Positions 25,827 to 39,648 are shown, counted from the first letter of the whole stretch. The stretch: 62,995 nucleotides of DNA, filler included, from Rhabdomonas costata (GCA_019059605.1; 48 parts of 48 records of this genome joined end to end with filler, not necessarily neighbours in it); one strand, 5' to 3'. Notes: generated by a model not told the origin, from the sequence alone. Numbers and translations are program-made.

Positions 25827-25828
<2 letters not shown>

Positions 25829-25858
<30 letters not shown>
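25829..25858. repeat. (AC)n microsatellite, about 15 units
   Basis: Read directly from the sequence. Confidence 0.9.
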
Positions 25859-25861
<3 letters not shown>

Positions 25862-27605
25862 TTGAATACAAGTGCCTGTGCATCCACGCACACTGAATTA
25901 GATGTGAAGGGTAAAGACTGGTACGGATACTGGCAGGCACCCAAACCCACTGGAATGCACATGATGGTCTACCACGCTGGTCTCGATTAGGCGTTTAGCT
26001 GAAGGCAACTCTGGCCCCACCAAAGGTCTTCCCCTGTCAAACATTGGGTTCAGTAGGTGCCTGGTTAGGGACATAAGTTGCCTGATCCTCGAGCAGTTGT
26101 GAGAGATAATGACTGAGAAAGGTGTGTGTCCCTCTCTCAAAAACGCACACCCACACACCCCACTTGTTTCCAAGAGGTATACACAACCCCNNNNNNNNNN
26201 NNNNNNNNNNNNNNNNNNNNNNNNNNNNNNNNNNTTAATTAATTAANNNNNNNNNNNNNNNNNNNNNNNNNNNNNNNNNNNNNNNNNNNNGGTTTTGTGT
26301 ACCACTTTCAGGAGCGAGGAGGGCAGTAACAGCAGTAACAACGCCCACGGCGTTGTCGAAGTGCGACAAGGCTTTTGCGCATCATTCAGATACTCCGGGC
26401 TTCGGTTTCAATGAGGGCAGGACCTATCTTCTGCAACTTCCTTAGCACCACGGGTTGACTTGACATTCTGATGCAGGGGAAGACTTCCAGATGGAGGATT
26501 GAGTGGTGGTCCATTCCTAATGTGCCGCAGCTGAAAGTAATTGTCTCAGAGCCTTTCTTACTCAAAGGGTATGATGCGCAACTCGTTTGAAGGGTTCCAC
26601 CCTCCGGGACGCCTTTGCCTCTGCGACACTGTTGCCATTTCGCGCACCGCAACGCTAGCGTTGGTTGTGGAAACCGCTGCTGTATAAGAGAAACCGCTGA
26701 CGTTGCTAGTCTTGTTCGCATCGTCTCGGATTTGGGCGGTTATAGGAACACATCAAAATATGGTAATGATTGTGTGAATGAATGGCTGCGTCCTTTTTGG
26801 GAGGTCGAAGCTCTTTGTCGGGCTCCCTTGTCAGCTCATCTGTATCGGAAATGGAAGACTAAGAATGAAAGACATCTGGGAAAAATTACGTGAGAAGCTG
26901 TCAGCAATACATTTTTTTTAAACATGGGACCGCTGATTAGTAGTACCCCGGTCGTTTACCGTGAGCCTTTACGAACTCGTTTTTGATCACACGCTCTCTC
27001 TCACATTCAACACAATAGAGTGTTTCGAAGGACGTTTCAAAGTTTCAAAGGAAGACTAGGACTCCCGTTGGGTTTTAATCCTCCGTGCCACACCCCTGAG
27101 TGGGCACGTGTGCACAGCGCAATTGTTTTGTGGAAGTTTCGGGACGCTTTCTGTCCTTTCTTGCTCTTGGACATTTCCCACTGCAGCATTAGTCCACGAT
27201 GGTGGGTTTCGCATCCATCAGCCGCAGCGCGTGAGGCACCGCTTGGGGGTTGCCTTCTTGTCAACAACTGCTTAAATCCGCCAAATCGAGCCCAGACAAG
27301 TACCCAAACAAATGAATACAAACAAGTTGCACACACATACACTCTCTCACACATTTCAAAATCAGACACAAAATGCAATGTAACCGGAAAAAAGCCTTCA
27401 GACTACTGCTCAAGTCCGTCAGATCCAGCGCACACCAACATTCAAACGTCAAAACGCACACACACACCAATTTTTCAGAAGGCAGACACAACACGAAACA
27501 AACCCNNNNNNNNNNNNNNNNNNNNNNNNNNNNNNNNNNNNNNNNNNNNTTAATTAATTAANNNNNNNNNNNNNNNNNNNNNNNNNNNNNNNNNNNNNNN
27601 NNNNN

Positions 27606-28386
27606 TGGTGTGGTGTGTCCTCGCTGTGCTGCAGCCGCCATTCTGCGCAGTGATGGTCGCCGTATCGAAGGAATAGAAGCCCGGGCGAGGGGGAATGTCA
27701 AGTTCGGTAAGCACCTCGTCCGGTGGGCCCATTGTGGTTCCCTGGAGAAAAAAGCGCGTTCGAAACCGTTCCGTGCCTCACTGAGGAAGTCAGTGGGTGG
27801 TGTCAGAGGTAATCTTTGTTGACATCCTGCACTAGTTAAATTTTCAAACCCTAAATTTACGGCTCTGACGACGAACGAACAAAGGACCAAATAAACTCCC
27901 GGGGCAGTGTTAGGACCAGGGGGCAAGAGGAACTATGCACAGACACGTCGAAATCTGCCCTGTCCTCCTGAGCAATAATGCAATCCGAAGAGCCTTTGTG
28001 AGGGAGGAAGGTGTCTTAATTTACACAGAACTCGGCGGGCAGAAAATCTTGTCCCAAAGAGCTGGGGCGGAGGAACGGGAGCACCGACGTGTGGTAACCA
28101 GCGTGTTCGCGAGGTACATTAGATGCCCAAGTTTTCTAACCCTCTTCCGCTCGCGTTTGGTTTCGCTCTCAGCTTGCCACTGACAGCCTCCAGAGAGATT
28201 CTTTCCCGCAGCCCTGATGTATTGATTTACTCTCGGCCACACCAACGTAAAGTAGGTCACAAGGTTGCCCAGGCCCTTGTAGAAGATCGGCGTGGGTTTG
28301 TCCCAGGTGTACGGGCTGTCCGGGGCGGCAGTCACCCGCCGCTGCACCGCCTCCGTGCAGTGCACCACCCCAGCCTTGCCCGTAGA
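27606..28386 (-). CDS. Class III adenylate/guanylate cyclase, C-terminal end of the catalytic domain (2 exons)
   Basis: Exon 28386-28243 STGKAGVVHCTEAV...PIFYKGLGNLVTYFTL (ST-G-x-x-G-x-x-H and KGxG..TY motifs). GT-AG intron, then an in-frame exon from 27741. Confidence 0.85.
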
Positions 28387-29089
28387 CTGCACCGCGAACG
28401 AAAGGCAAAATTAAGGACAGGGGACCCTAAGATATCGCGGCAACGAAGTCTTTCAAGATCCACCCATCCAATCGCCCATCCCGCTCGCAACCCCAGTTTT
28501 GGAAGCGTCAGCTCAGGCCCGTTTTAGATCACCATACAGCAAAACGTAGTTCTACAATTTGCTGAAACCGCTTGCAATAAAGTAACGTTCTATCATCAGA
28601 GATGGCACTCCCTCCTTCTGCAGAAACCGCTATTCTTTGCAATAAGGGTAAACACCTCCTGGGAATTGCTGAAAACGACCATAAGCTTTGCGCGCAAGGC
28701 GAAGTCAGAGGATACATACAGATGCACGAAGCATTGTTGTTATGGAGATTTTTCTGCTTCCCGCCCGCATCCTGAATGCTTCTGTGGCAGAGGTTGAACC
28801 GGGCATGAAGCACAAAAACCNNNNNNNNNNNNNNNNNNNNNNNNNNNNNNNNNNNNNNNNNNNNTTAATTAATTAANNNNNNNNNNNNNNNNNNNNNNNN
28901 NNNNNNNNNNNNNNNNNNNNGGGGTGTTTTCTTCAGTGAAGCATTGGCATCAGACCGTCTCTTATTTCTCGAGAAGAACATTTAGCACGTTTGTATCCTC
29001 ATCAGGTGTGGCACGTTTGTGATAAATCGTCTTGTTTTCGCGGCCAGTGCTATCCAAACCTTCACACACCTTCTGTGTTGTGTTCTTAG

Positions 29090-29717
29090 TTCATCGGGGA
29101 CTGCATCATGGCGCTGTGGAACGCGCCGCGGCCTTTGGTCGGCCACCAGGCCGCGGCGTGCCGCGCTGCGCTGCGGATGCAGGCCGCTCTGGTGCGGCTG
29201 AACGAGAAGTGGGCCCTCATGAGCATGCCAGCTGTGTGGTGTGTTTGTGCGCTGTGGTGCGCGTGATTGAGTGTCAGTTTCAGGTGAAGTGGAGGCACAG
29301 TAAGGGTTTGGATGTGGCAGGCTCTCCGAATGGGACCTATGGGTCGCTCCCATTTCGACTTGTGGTTCCGAAGTTTCCCGTCCCGTGCTTGTGAGTTCGC
29401 ATGGCCATTTTCTAATTTACCACTTTCACTGAATAGTTTTGAGCTCTGCTTTGTAGCTGGATTTCTTTTTGTGGAATTAGTGGATCAGGTTTTTTCTTGC
29501 GGAAATCAGCCTGTGGTGGCTGAGCGGAAGATGCCGGGCGAAACTTGTTCACGCACCCCCCACCCTCGAAGAAAAACGAGGGCGGAATCCCCTCTTGGGA
29601 GGTTGCCACCAACCTCGGCGGCCTATGCTTTCTATAGGTTCCGCTCGGGCATCCACACTGCCCGAGTTCTTGTGGGCAACTACGGGTGCGACTATCGTAT
29701 CAACTACACTGCCCTTG
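29090..29717 (+). CDS. Class III adenylate cyclase catalytic domain (2 exons)
   Basis: Exon 29090-29238 FIGDCIMALWNAP...ACRAALRMQ, plus exon 29638-29717 FRSGIHTARVLVGNYGCDYRINYTAL(G), spliced in frame. Confidence 0.93.
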
Positions 29718-30421
29718 GTGTGTGTGTGTGCATGTGTTTGTTTTCTTGTGAAGAGTTGAAGAGAGGGCCATTGGGCTCCCCACCCTTCTCCTGCTTACTT
29801 CTCTCCTACTTAGTTCAGATTTAAAAGTAACTTTAGACGTGTTGAAGGGAGGTTCATATTTTCACTGGGATTCCAACAGAAGATTTCTAAGGGGGTTGGA
29901 AAGAATGTAAGCTTGCCGCAGGCTGGGGGTATTTTCAAGGTTGCTGGGTGTTGCGCAAATTGTATGTCTAGCTAGCGGTATTGTGCCGGGAACGAGGGTT
30001 GCATTGCCCGTTTCGAATGCACAGGAATCAGAATCTCTGGCGAGTGGAGTCTCGCTGGAAACCCTCCTCAGCTGTTTAATTAATGATGGTCAAATACCGC
30101 TAGCTAGACATACAATTTGCGCAACACAAACAACNNNNNNNNNNNNNNNNNNNNNNNNNNNNNNNNNNNNNNNNNNNNTTAATTAATTAANNNNNNNNNN
30201 NNNNNNNNNNNNNNNNNNNNNNNNNNNNNNNNNNTTTGTTTTGTCACCGGGGACTGGGATACCTGCGGTTCATTCAAGGAACGTTAACTCCCGCTGCAAC
30301 GCTTCCTGTTCCCCTGCTCTTCTACAAATAAGCATCGAAAATTTTCTTGGAATTGTTCAACAAGAGTTTGCGAAAGGGGTGCAAAGGGAACTTTCTGCAT
30401 CCCCTTCCCCACCTTCTTTAG

Positions 30422-31449
30422 GCTTCTCCGCCTCCCTGGCCTCCGGTTCTAGCTGCCTCTTTGCGAGCGCGGTGGCTGTTCCCGCGGTGGCTGTCACCTC
30501 GTCTGCCGTGACCTGCGTGGCCCCCGCAATGGTGCTGTTCAACGCCTCCACGGCAGACCTCAGTTGCATCGCGCAGGTTGATTTCTCTCGCTTATGGTTG
30601 TGTTCTTGCGACGATGAGAAAATTTTGAGAGGCATCTGCAACAACCGCTTCCATTTGTCACTTCTTTTTTTCCACTTGCTCTTTCTTCCTTTCCAGACGG
30701 TGGAAGTGTCGATGCATCCCGAGTACTATTCTTCTAGCGGAGTCCATGTCATTCGCGCCGTTCCCCCGACGGTGTCCTCGATAAGCCCAGCACAGGGCGC
30801 CGTGGGAACACCCGTCTCGGTATTCCCTTTCCCGTCCCCTCTCGCCCACAACCGAAACCTTGTGACTTGCAGCGTCCCAAGGTCCCGCCTGTTGGTTTGC
30901 GGATCCCACGCACCAATTTGACCCTTCAGAAAGGTTTTGATTTGGCAGGAGTACAGAGAAGAACGTAGCCCCATATATTCACGTCCATTGGTTCTTATCG
31001 TTTTGTGTGCGCGGGGCATCTGAGGGGATCTGCGAGCATCTGCGAGTCATCTCTTTGGATGAATTGGGCAGTTGAGCTGGCTTGCTTGTGGCGAGATCAC
31101 CTACTGAAGAATGTTGGGTGCAGAATGTAACGTATGCTTGAGAGTGCTCCTCCCAATAATGTTCGTGTTGTGTTTGAACAATCGGGAAGAATCGAGTCGG
31201 TGCTGCAGCTTGTGTTTTCCTCGGTAGTTCTTTCTGAATCTTTTGGCATCGATGGGGATGTTTCCGCAGGTCACCGTAAGTGGGCATGGGTTCCTGCCCA
31301 CGGATTACCTGACTTGCCGGTTCTACAGCCCCCCAAGCAACGCCTCCTACTCCGGTTTGATCCTGGCGCAGACTTCTGCCGCCTTCCGGGATGTCTTCAC
31401 GATTGTCTGCAACCCTGCGGTGTGCACGGCGTTCGCACCCAACCACCCC
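30422..31449 (+). CDS. IPT/TIG-domain surface protein (3 exons, partial)
   Basis: Exons 30422-30576, 30697-30819 and 31270-end give VTCVAP...PTVSSISPAQGAVGTPVSVTVSGHGF...LTCRF. Confidence 0.82.
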
Positions 31450-31631
31450 NNNNNNNNNNNNNNNNNNNNNNNNNNNNNNNNNNNNNNNNNNNNTTAATTA
31501 ATTAANNNNNNNNNNNNNNNNNNNNNNNNNNNNNNNNNNNNNNNNNNNNTGTTGGTGTGTTTGGGGGGTGTGGTGGCAAACAGTTCAAGCTTTTCCTTTC
31601 CTCCCAGGTTCCTTGAATTTCAAAAAACTAG

Positions 31632-31914
31632 ATGCACAGCTATACTGCGCAAGTACAACCACACCGAGGATGGACTGGCGGTGTGGCACGCCCACCTCGA
31701 CGGCCTGGGCTCGTGGAGGACCCTCTCCGCGGTGCGGGTGTTTGTGATGAGCTTCGCATGGCCCCTGCACCTCCCCAAACGGGCCACGGTACTGCAGCAC
31801 TGCAGCCCTGAGCTGCTGCGGCAGACAGACACTCACCTTCAGCAGGCTCATGGCTTGGGGTCGGCACTCCTTCGCCCAGAGAATCAGCCCGTGCCCCAAG
31901 AGGCCACGGGATAA
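31632..31914 (+). CDS. Terminal exon of a hypothetical protein
   Basis: GC3-rich open frame after an AG, ending in TAA. No family recognised. Confidence 0.45.
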
Positions 31915-32864
31915 GACAGCTTTGGTCTCTTTGGATCTGATTATGGCAGGCCATCTCCCATTAACCCCAGCATTGCTTTCCAGTGACTATGGTTGCAGCG
32001 TTGGGACTGCTTTGGGGACTTCTCATTTCGAAAATGCTGCGATGCCGTGCATGGCAGAAGCGTCACGTAGCCGCTCCTGTGATGGTGGGCCGTGAACTGC
32101 AGGTACCGCCGCTCTGTTATGGGCGCTGCAGAATAGCCATGAGGGGACTGCGGGCGGCTGGTCCACCTTTGCCGACTTATTTTCCAAAGTTAGCGGTACC
32201 ATGTAACAAGCAGCGTGTGTCAAGGTTCCATGCGATTGGATTGCCGTTCATGCCGTTTTCTGGGAATGCTTGAAAAACGGGGTTAGGGGTCAGCCTCAGA
32301 TTGAAGTTCAGGTTATGGATACCAGCGGTACGGAAGACATTTTTCAGCATTTGGTGCATGGGGTCAGGTAAACTCTGCCAGTGCTTCTGGAACGTTTTTC
32401 TTGTCTAGGATTTGGGAGGGCCACCTCACCAGAATCATTGCTGCCTGAGTGCTCGAAAGTGCGGATTGAGTACATTGATGTCGCCGCACTTATAATGCCT
32501 TTGACTGCACCCAAAGAACGAATGCCGCTTCATTGAGAGACACATTTGTTTTCTGTTCGCCAGTAGCTTCACACACACCACCGACGAGAACAAGCGAATG
32601 AAGCTAAACAGAAGGGCATGCCTGCACATTAGGGGTGCCAAACTGCTATGGTGCAGCAAACAAGGTCACAGGAGAAACACCCGCTGCAAGTCGTGGAGAC
32701 TGCCGTGGAGACTGCAGGAGCGAACAAACACAGGGCAAGAGTGTTGACCGGGAACCAAAACCCCNNNNNNNNNNNNNNNNNNNNNNNNNNNNNNNNNNNN
32801 NNNNNNNNTTAATTAATTAANNNNNNNNNNNNNNNNNNNNNNNNNNNNNNNNNNNNNNNNNNNN

Positions 32865-34079
32865 CACAGGCGGAAGGGTGGAGCGGTGAACTACTACCAG
32901 CGCGCTGTGAGGTTCCGGCGGCAGCTCTCGGAGATCTACAACAAGACCAGGGAGGACTTTGCCTCCCTCCGCGACTACAACGATTACCTGGAGGCACGCC
33001 CCCATCCCTCAGTCACTCTCTTTCTCTCTTTCGTCCCGCTTACCTCTTTTCCTTCCTCCTTTCGTCTCTCTGGCTTCCTCTGAAAAGCGTGAAAAGGTCC
33101 TCTCTGTGGATCTTTTCATGCCTGTATGTCTGGGGATCTTTTTCTTTTGTTTGCGTTTTTGGGTTTCTTTATGAAGAAAAAGAGGGGACCTAACGTGATG
33201 ATTAGAAGCAAAAATATTGTTTCGATTTGACGCTTTCCGGTATGCCTTCATGTGAGAGCGAATCCTCCGCTCTTCTTTTTTCTGCCTCGATGGCGACTGT
33301 GCGTGCGAAAGTGGTTGGCACATCTTGCGCCTTCGCCCGCAACTGCTACAGCACAGATAAGGGAAGTACAACCCAAACTTCACACCTGGCACGGGAACGC
33401 GCCGGAGTGCTTTGAATTACAGCAGCAGCCTTACGGCCCTTTTTGTCTGCCTGAGCTCCTTCCTCTCTTCACTGTTTGGAAAGGAGGTGGAGACGATTGT
33501 GTACAACCTCACCCATGAAATTGACGAGCACACCATGCGCGCGAAGATTGAGGCTTACAAGAGGGATAACCTCCACTTCATTCACTCTAAACAGGCCAAG
33601 CAGGTGGGCCCCGCCAAACCCAGCTCTTCTCATCCATCCACACTGTCCTTTTATAGTTTTTTTTACACAACATGCCATGTCGAAAATAAGGAGAGACTCC
33701 TTTATCAGCCGCAGTCACCTTTTTAAATGAAGAACACCTTGATATCGCGGAAGGGCCTGAATTAAAGAAAAATGTGAACCACAGCGTTTCAAATCCACTT
33801 GAAGGAGCTGCGCTGAGATGGTTCAGTGTGTGAGGCTTCTTTTTTTGTTCCAATTTTTGTCCCCTTTCTGGCCTTTTTTGAACTGTGGAGTAAGAAGTGA
33901 CTTTCACATTCTGAATGACCCTTCTTCTTCTTTAACCGGCAACCGCACCTTTTTACCGGACAGGCGGCTTTGGAGGCGCTGCCGCTGGCCCCTTCTGGTG
34001 CCGTGGGTGGATCCTCAGCTGTGATTACGAAGCTCCCCAACCCCATAGACCCTGCCCAAGTCTGCGCTCCCACACAACC
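32865..34079 (+). CDS. MNAT1: CDK-activating kinase assembly factor MAT1 (TFIIH), 3 exons, partial
   Basis: EIYNKTREDFASLRDYNDYLE|EVETIVYNLTHEIDEHTMRAKIEAYKRDN. Exons end at 32993, span 33484-33603 and start at 33964. The first intron is GC-AG. Confidence 0.92.
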
Positions 34080-34179
34080 NNNNNNNNNNNNNNNNNNNNN
34101 NNNNNNNNNNNNNNNNNNNNNNNTTAATTAATTAANNNNNNNNNNNNNNNNNNNNNNNNNNNNNNNNNNNNNNNNNNNN

Positions 34180-34364
34180 TTGTTGGGTTTGGTTTGGTGT
34201 CCCACACCCATTTCCTTTCCTTCTTTCATTCTTTTTCAATGTTTTTATCGGAACGATTTAACGTTGGAGCGCGAAGTCTAGCTCCCGCTCCAACGTTAAA
34301 TCGTTCCGATAAAAACATTGAAGAAGAAAAGGAAATGGGTGTGGGACACCAAACCAAACCAAAC
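34180..34364. repeat. Contig-start inverted repeat, arms about 80-90 bp
   Basis: TTCAATGTTTTTATCGGAACGATTTAACGTTGGAGCG pairs with CGCTCCAACGTTAAATCGTTCCGATAAAAACATTGAA, and the outer arms also pair. Confidence 0.95.
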
Positions 34365-35730
34365 CTCACCAAACCACAACTCTTGACTCCTGAAGCAGCT
34401 TTCGGAACACACTTTTGGGCGTTGTTGGTTGTTTCGCGCTTTCCCCCCATGTTTTTATCGGGCGCCTAATCTGCATCCCAGTTCGAATGTTGACATGGGT
34501 GTCCAAACCTTCAGACGAAGATGCAGTGGAGCATTCCTCATGTTAAAAGTTTTAAAGTAGTTCCTGCCCCCACATGATCAGGCAATCTGTTTCGGTTTGT
34601 GTTCTGTGCTGCGATGTTTTGTGTGGGTTTGAAGGACAAGAGACTTCAGGGTCGCTGAAGTTCACCCCCCCGCCTGCGCCCCCTCCTCAGAGGGCATACC
34701 CCGAGCAGTTCGCGGCGCTGTGGCGCCCCCAGCCACAGCGAGGTGGCTCGTTCCTCCATTGCCCCATCCTCTTGTTGCGAATTCCTGCTCGCTACAAAGG
34801 CAGCTATAAAAGAGTTGCTGTTCTATGGGCAAGTTCTTCACATCGTGGGAGTTGGTTCTACAGCGTTTGTGTGATGTCCATAGGGCGCCCTTCTCCAGCA
34901 TTGCCCGGGACCCAGGACTTTTGATCGCATATGAATGGGTGGTGTGATTAAGGCTCCCCCTTTGGCCCTTTTGGTAACAGGTGCGCCAAGCCATACATCT
35001 AAAAGAAGTAAGAAGTCAATTGAGAGGGGGATTGAGGGATTGACATAGTCATCCTCAGATTGGAGTGTCACATGAGGTTTGGGTTGCCAATAAGTATCAG
35101 GTGTCCTTTCGCGCCAAGAATGTCAAGTGGATGTGGCGTCTTGTGGACTTTGCGGACATCATGCAGGTAACCCTGACTCCCGGAGTCCCGCGGGCGGAAG
35201 TTCCGCGAGGGGCGCAGGTCGAGGGTTCTCACAGTGGGCCCCAGCAGCCGGAGCCATCCGCCGCCGAGGCATGTCTCGGAAGGACATAGGTAGGAATGGG
35301 ATTTCTCGCAAACGCATTTGGTGAGATTAATGGTGCTCGTATACAATGTGCACCCCCCCCCTACCCAAGTATACAACACCCACNNNNNNNNNNNNNNNNN
35401 NNNNNNNNNNNNNNNNNNNNNNNNNNNTTAATTAATTAANNNNNNNNNNNNNNNNNNNNNNNNNNNNNNNNNNNNNNNNNNNNGTGGTTTTTTGATGGCT
35501 GCGAAGGCCTGCGCGACGATGCTGTGTGCATGGCAGAGCACGGATTTTTCGACTGAGGTATCTCGTGGAGAGAGGGGGAGGGGTCTTTGAGGCCAACGAT
35601 GAGTCTGTGGAATGAAGCTTTCTTCTCAACTTGAATGAGTGAAATGACTCATTCTGCTCTCCCCTTGCGTCGCCTCCCCTCTCCTTCGCTTTTTGCCTCC
35701 CTCCCTTAGGGGTACGTCAAGGCGACTCAG

Positions 35731-36540
35731 GCCTTCGGGAACTTCTGCTGCACGGCATGGTTGGAGCGCAGCACTTCAGATGTTCCCCCAGGCGAGAAGG
35801 TAGCGCTCCACGACCACTTGCGGGCCCTTTTGGCAGAGTCTATGGACCTGCTTACGGAGGCTCTGACCCCACTGCCCGTCCGCCCAGATGGCCCGCCCTC
35901 CGCAGAATGGACGGATGCCACGGGATCGGGAAGGATCCCGCAGAACGTGGAGGAGTTTCTGCAGCTCTGGTGTGCGCTTGCGAGACTTCTTCGCGTCAGC
36001 GGCCTCTCCCTACCTGTTTATGGACACAAGTTAAGCCAAGTGACAAGCTTGTGTTCTGCAGGTGCATAAAAGAAAGATGGTGGTGAATATGATTTTCTAT
36101 AAGGTGAGTTGGGCAGCCCTAGGCTTTGTCTTTGCGCGTCTTTGTGCGTGCGTGGTGTTTCTTTGCTGTCTTTTCTTTTGCCGCGATCAACCTCGATCAA
36201 GCCTCGACTTGCACCACTTTTTGCCTCTTCTTTGGATCTCTGGTAGGTTCTTCTTTGGAGGAAGTCGTGGATTGCCCAGCCAGCTCAAATGCCCATGAGT
36301 CCCCTCAAAGTGTAACTTTCCCAACCTCTTTTCTCTTTGAGTTCGCTCCATCCTCACCGCATCGTCATGCAGGTTTGAGCGGTTGCTCGGCGTCTTTCTG
36401 AGGAACAACATCAGTGTGGAGATTCCGTCTCCTCTGCATCACTACCTGCTTGCCGTGAATACGCTGTGCCCTGCTCGGCGTGCCCAGGCCGCGAGCCAGC
36501 TGCGACCTCTTTTGGAGCTGGCGAGCTCCATACATCGTGG
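35731..36540 (+). CDS. SMYD5/ATXR2-like SET-domain protein (2 exons, partial)
   Basis: Exon 35731-35969 (LRALLAESMDLLTEAL...EEFLQL) joins an exon from 36373 (WFERLLGVFLRNNISVEIPSPLHHYL), resembling the G-x-F-x-x-NN...SP-x-x-x-Y segment. The 3' end is approximate. Confidence 0.6.
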
Positions 36541-36798
36541 GAAGGCGTCGGCCTCTTCTCTTCCCCACGGTTCTGTGATGGACACCGATGCCTACCGTCT
36601 GGATGACAGTGACCGCGTTTTCCTTCCAGGGGTTTCTTTTCGCAAGAACGATTTTCCAATTGGTTACTCATTCGCAGCCAGCAAAAGTGAAAGTATCCNN
36701 NNNNNNNNNNNNNNNNNNNNNNNNNNNNNNNNNNNNNNNNNNTTAATTAATTAANNNNNNNNNNNNNNNNNNNNNNNNNNNNNNNNNNNNNNNNNNNN

Positions 36799-36980
36799 GT
36801 TTGTGGGTATCTGATCTACATGCCTGCCTTCTGCGCGGATACAGTTCTTTCTCTTATCGCTGTTCCGGAGGTCAGCTGAAGAGACTAGATAGGCCCAACT
36901 GGTAGAACCCCCAGAACAGCGATAAGAGAAAGAACTGTATCCGCGCAGAAGGCAGGCATGTAGATCAGATGCCCACGAAT
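36799..36980. repeat. Contig-start inverted repeat, arms about 65 bp
   Basis: ATCTGATCTACATGCCTGCCTTCTGCGCGGATACAGTTCTTTCTCTTATCGCTGTTC and its exact reverse complement. Confidence 0.95.
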
Positions 36981-37402
36981 CGAAACCATACAGATGACTG
37001 ATTTTCTACCGTCGACAGTATTCGAAGTTATGTTCAGAAGTATCCGCAACGAGTCGGACAACTCCAACCTCCCTCCCATGAAGAGCAGTGACAAGTCATG
37101 ATGGCAAGCCACGCACCTGCGGACGTCGAGCAAGCAAAATCCATCGCCCCGGTCGCTTACAGTGATGTTGAAGTCGATCGAATCGCCCTGCGAAGATCAA
37201 GGGGGGGGGGCTCTGCACGACATTTTGTCCAGAATTTGAAGGTGACATCCCACCAAAACTGACACACTTCACACAAGAAAAGGGTTTAATTTTCTCTGCA
37301 GTGGGTGAAAAGGCTAGCGCCTCAACAGAAAATAAAACAAATGCACCAGATCGAGGAGCCGACGGCACACGAAGACGCGAAGTAGGCAGAAGCAGACATT
37401 AC

Positions 37403-37651
37403 CCCAGGAATTGCCGCTGTGGCCTTGATCCTGAGAAAGGACTTGCTGTTGTCGGGGCGCGCGCGCAGCGCAGTGAGGGACTTCATGACCATCTGCACGA
37501 CCTCGTTGGGGTGCCCCTTCACTCCGAACCGCATGTTGGACTTCTTCTCCACAAAGGCCGGGAAGGCAAAGCTCTTGTGCATGGTAAGGTCCCCAACCAG
37601 CTCCACGGGCTCTTCGCCCAGAGGTTCCATCGAGGGCTGGTCCAGTGCCGC
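37403..37651 (-). CDS. Internal exon, possibly a kinase-associated (KA1/CIPK C-terminal-like) region
   Basis: GC3-rich, AG/GT-bounded exon ...EKKSNMRFGVKGHPNEVVQMVMKSLTALRA...RIKA. The exon is likely real; the family call is tentative. Confidence 0.45.
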
Positions 37652-39648
37652 CTAAGCAGGTGGTTCAAAATTCATGCCACAAGGACCAAACACTTTCCCT
37701 CAGTTTTCCATGCGGCCATTCGCTCACTCTTTGCATCTCTTGTCCCGGGTGTCATCGAGGAGCATTGACGGTATGACGGCGATATGGTCGTGAAAAAATA
37801 AATCAAAACGCTTTTCTGCCCACCCGGTCCTTCCTGCTTCACCATACGGCGTTTTACTGTTTACCCCCCCCCCCTCCCCTCCCAATAGAACGGACCCTCT
37901 TGTATGTAAAGCCCAAGACACCACAGTCACGTCGAGAAACACAGAGTGCAGGAAAAATGCAAAAACAGAAAAGTGCACAGCGCACAGGCACAGACACACT
38001 TCGTGCGTTAAGCNNNNNNNNNNNNNNNNNNNNNNNNNNNNNNNNNNNNNNNNNNNNTTAATTAATTAANNNNNNNNNNNNNNNNNNNNNNNNNNNNNNN
38101 NNNNNNNNNNNNNTTTGTTGGGGCCGGGCTCCAAAAACAAATCTAATGAGTAAGTCTCATGACGCAGGAAAAAAAGCAAAGACAGCACGACGGGAGAGCC
38201 ACACAAAGGGGAACGATGCACAAAAACAAAATAAAAGAAGGTATTTGCAAGAGAAGACCACATGCAAGGCCCTATTTGAAGTAAAGACTCCGCACACAAA
38301 AGTTCTGGCCTCTTGCACCACTTTCCTATCGGCGATAAAGGTCGTGAATCTCAGCAACCACAGTTACGTTGACATACTTCTGAAACCAATTTAGAAGTGG
38401 CCACGACGAAGAGGCGGTCTTGTGAAATGTTGCCACGTAATAATGCAACATTCAACACCATATCTCTCTTGAAGCGAGTGCTCCCATATTTGTCGTGTTT
38501 TCCACAATTTTCTCTCATCGCGTCCAAAGTCAAGCCCTATGCCACGAACAGATCACCCAGGACTTTCGAGAGAACACGGCAACCCGTGATGTTCCTCACG
38601 CACTCCAAGGAGCGAGGAGCGAAACAAAGAGAAAACGCAGTTTTCCGACACAGTGAAGTTCAAAGTACCCCTCAGCACTGAACATCTAAAAAAATGTCCA
38701 GGTGAGGAGAACGTTCACTCTGCGCCATTCCCATTAGCTGTAGAAAATGTAGCACATCACCAAAGACGAAAACGCAGAGGCAGCACAGAAAACCATTTGC
38801 CGCGAGAACTGGTATGGCCGTACCCGCGGAGTGGTTTGCCGAGAAGTCAGGACTCAGCAGTCACGGCGTCGCCATTCACTTCTGCTCAAAGGTCAGAGAG
38901 CGCCCCAATTTGGCCTCGCACCACCGCCTCCCAGACCCAGCCCACACTTTTCTGGTCAGCGGGGCAGCCATGTTGGCGTCCACTCCCAAAGCCTTGGCCT
39001 GCAAGAGAAGGGCTGTCCCAAACAGCGCCAGCGCACACGCGAAAGGTGATCCAGGTGCCAGATTCCGAACCAAAGCACACCTCGCCATTCTTTCTACGCA
39101 ACCGTACAACTGCAGGCTGCTAGCTGCAGCAAGTCCACACTAATATTTGCTGACCACACCACAATTGCAGGATGCCACGCAGAACAACTTACTACTTCCT
39201 TAAGAGCATTATTATATAACAAGTACTTCTTGCTTGTAATACTGCCGCGGTTTCAAGTTGAGGGAACACACGCAGACGTCTCTGTTCTTATCGCCACACT
39301 TACCTCCCACCCATCCACCCACCCACACNNNNNNNNNNNNNNNNNNNNNNNNNNNNNNNNNNNNNNNNNNNNTTAATTAATTAANNNNNNNNNNNNNNNN
39401 NNNNNNNNNNNNNNNNNNNNNNNNNNNNTGTTGGTTTGCCTTTGACATTGGTCCAGGTCCCAGGTCCACCCAGGTCCACTTTGTCCAGCTGGGTCATTGA
39501 ACGCCTCTGATTGTTTCCTCTGATTCTTATTCGAACTTTCTGCGCTATATTTTGCTTCTTAGACTGATTGCGGCTTCCCACAATGTGCTACGATCAGGCG
39601 GGAGATTGAGGGTTCACCTTGTGTGTGAGATGCTGCATGCTGTCCATT

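Noticed and set aside
34180..34364. Hairpins as MITEs, miRNA precursors or structured introns
   Set aside because: All six sit exactly at contig starts, share no sequence and show primer-type G/T mismatches.
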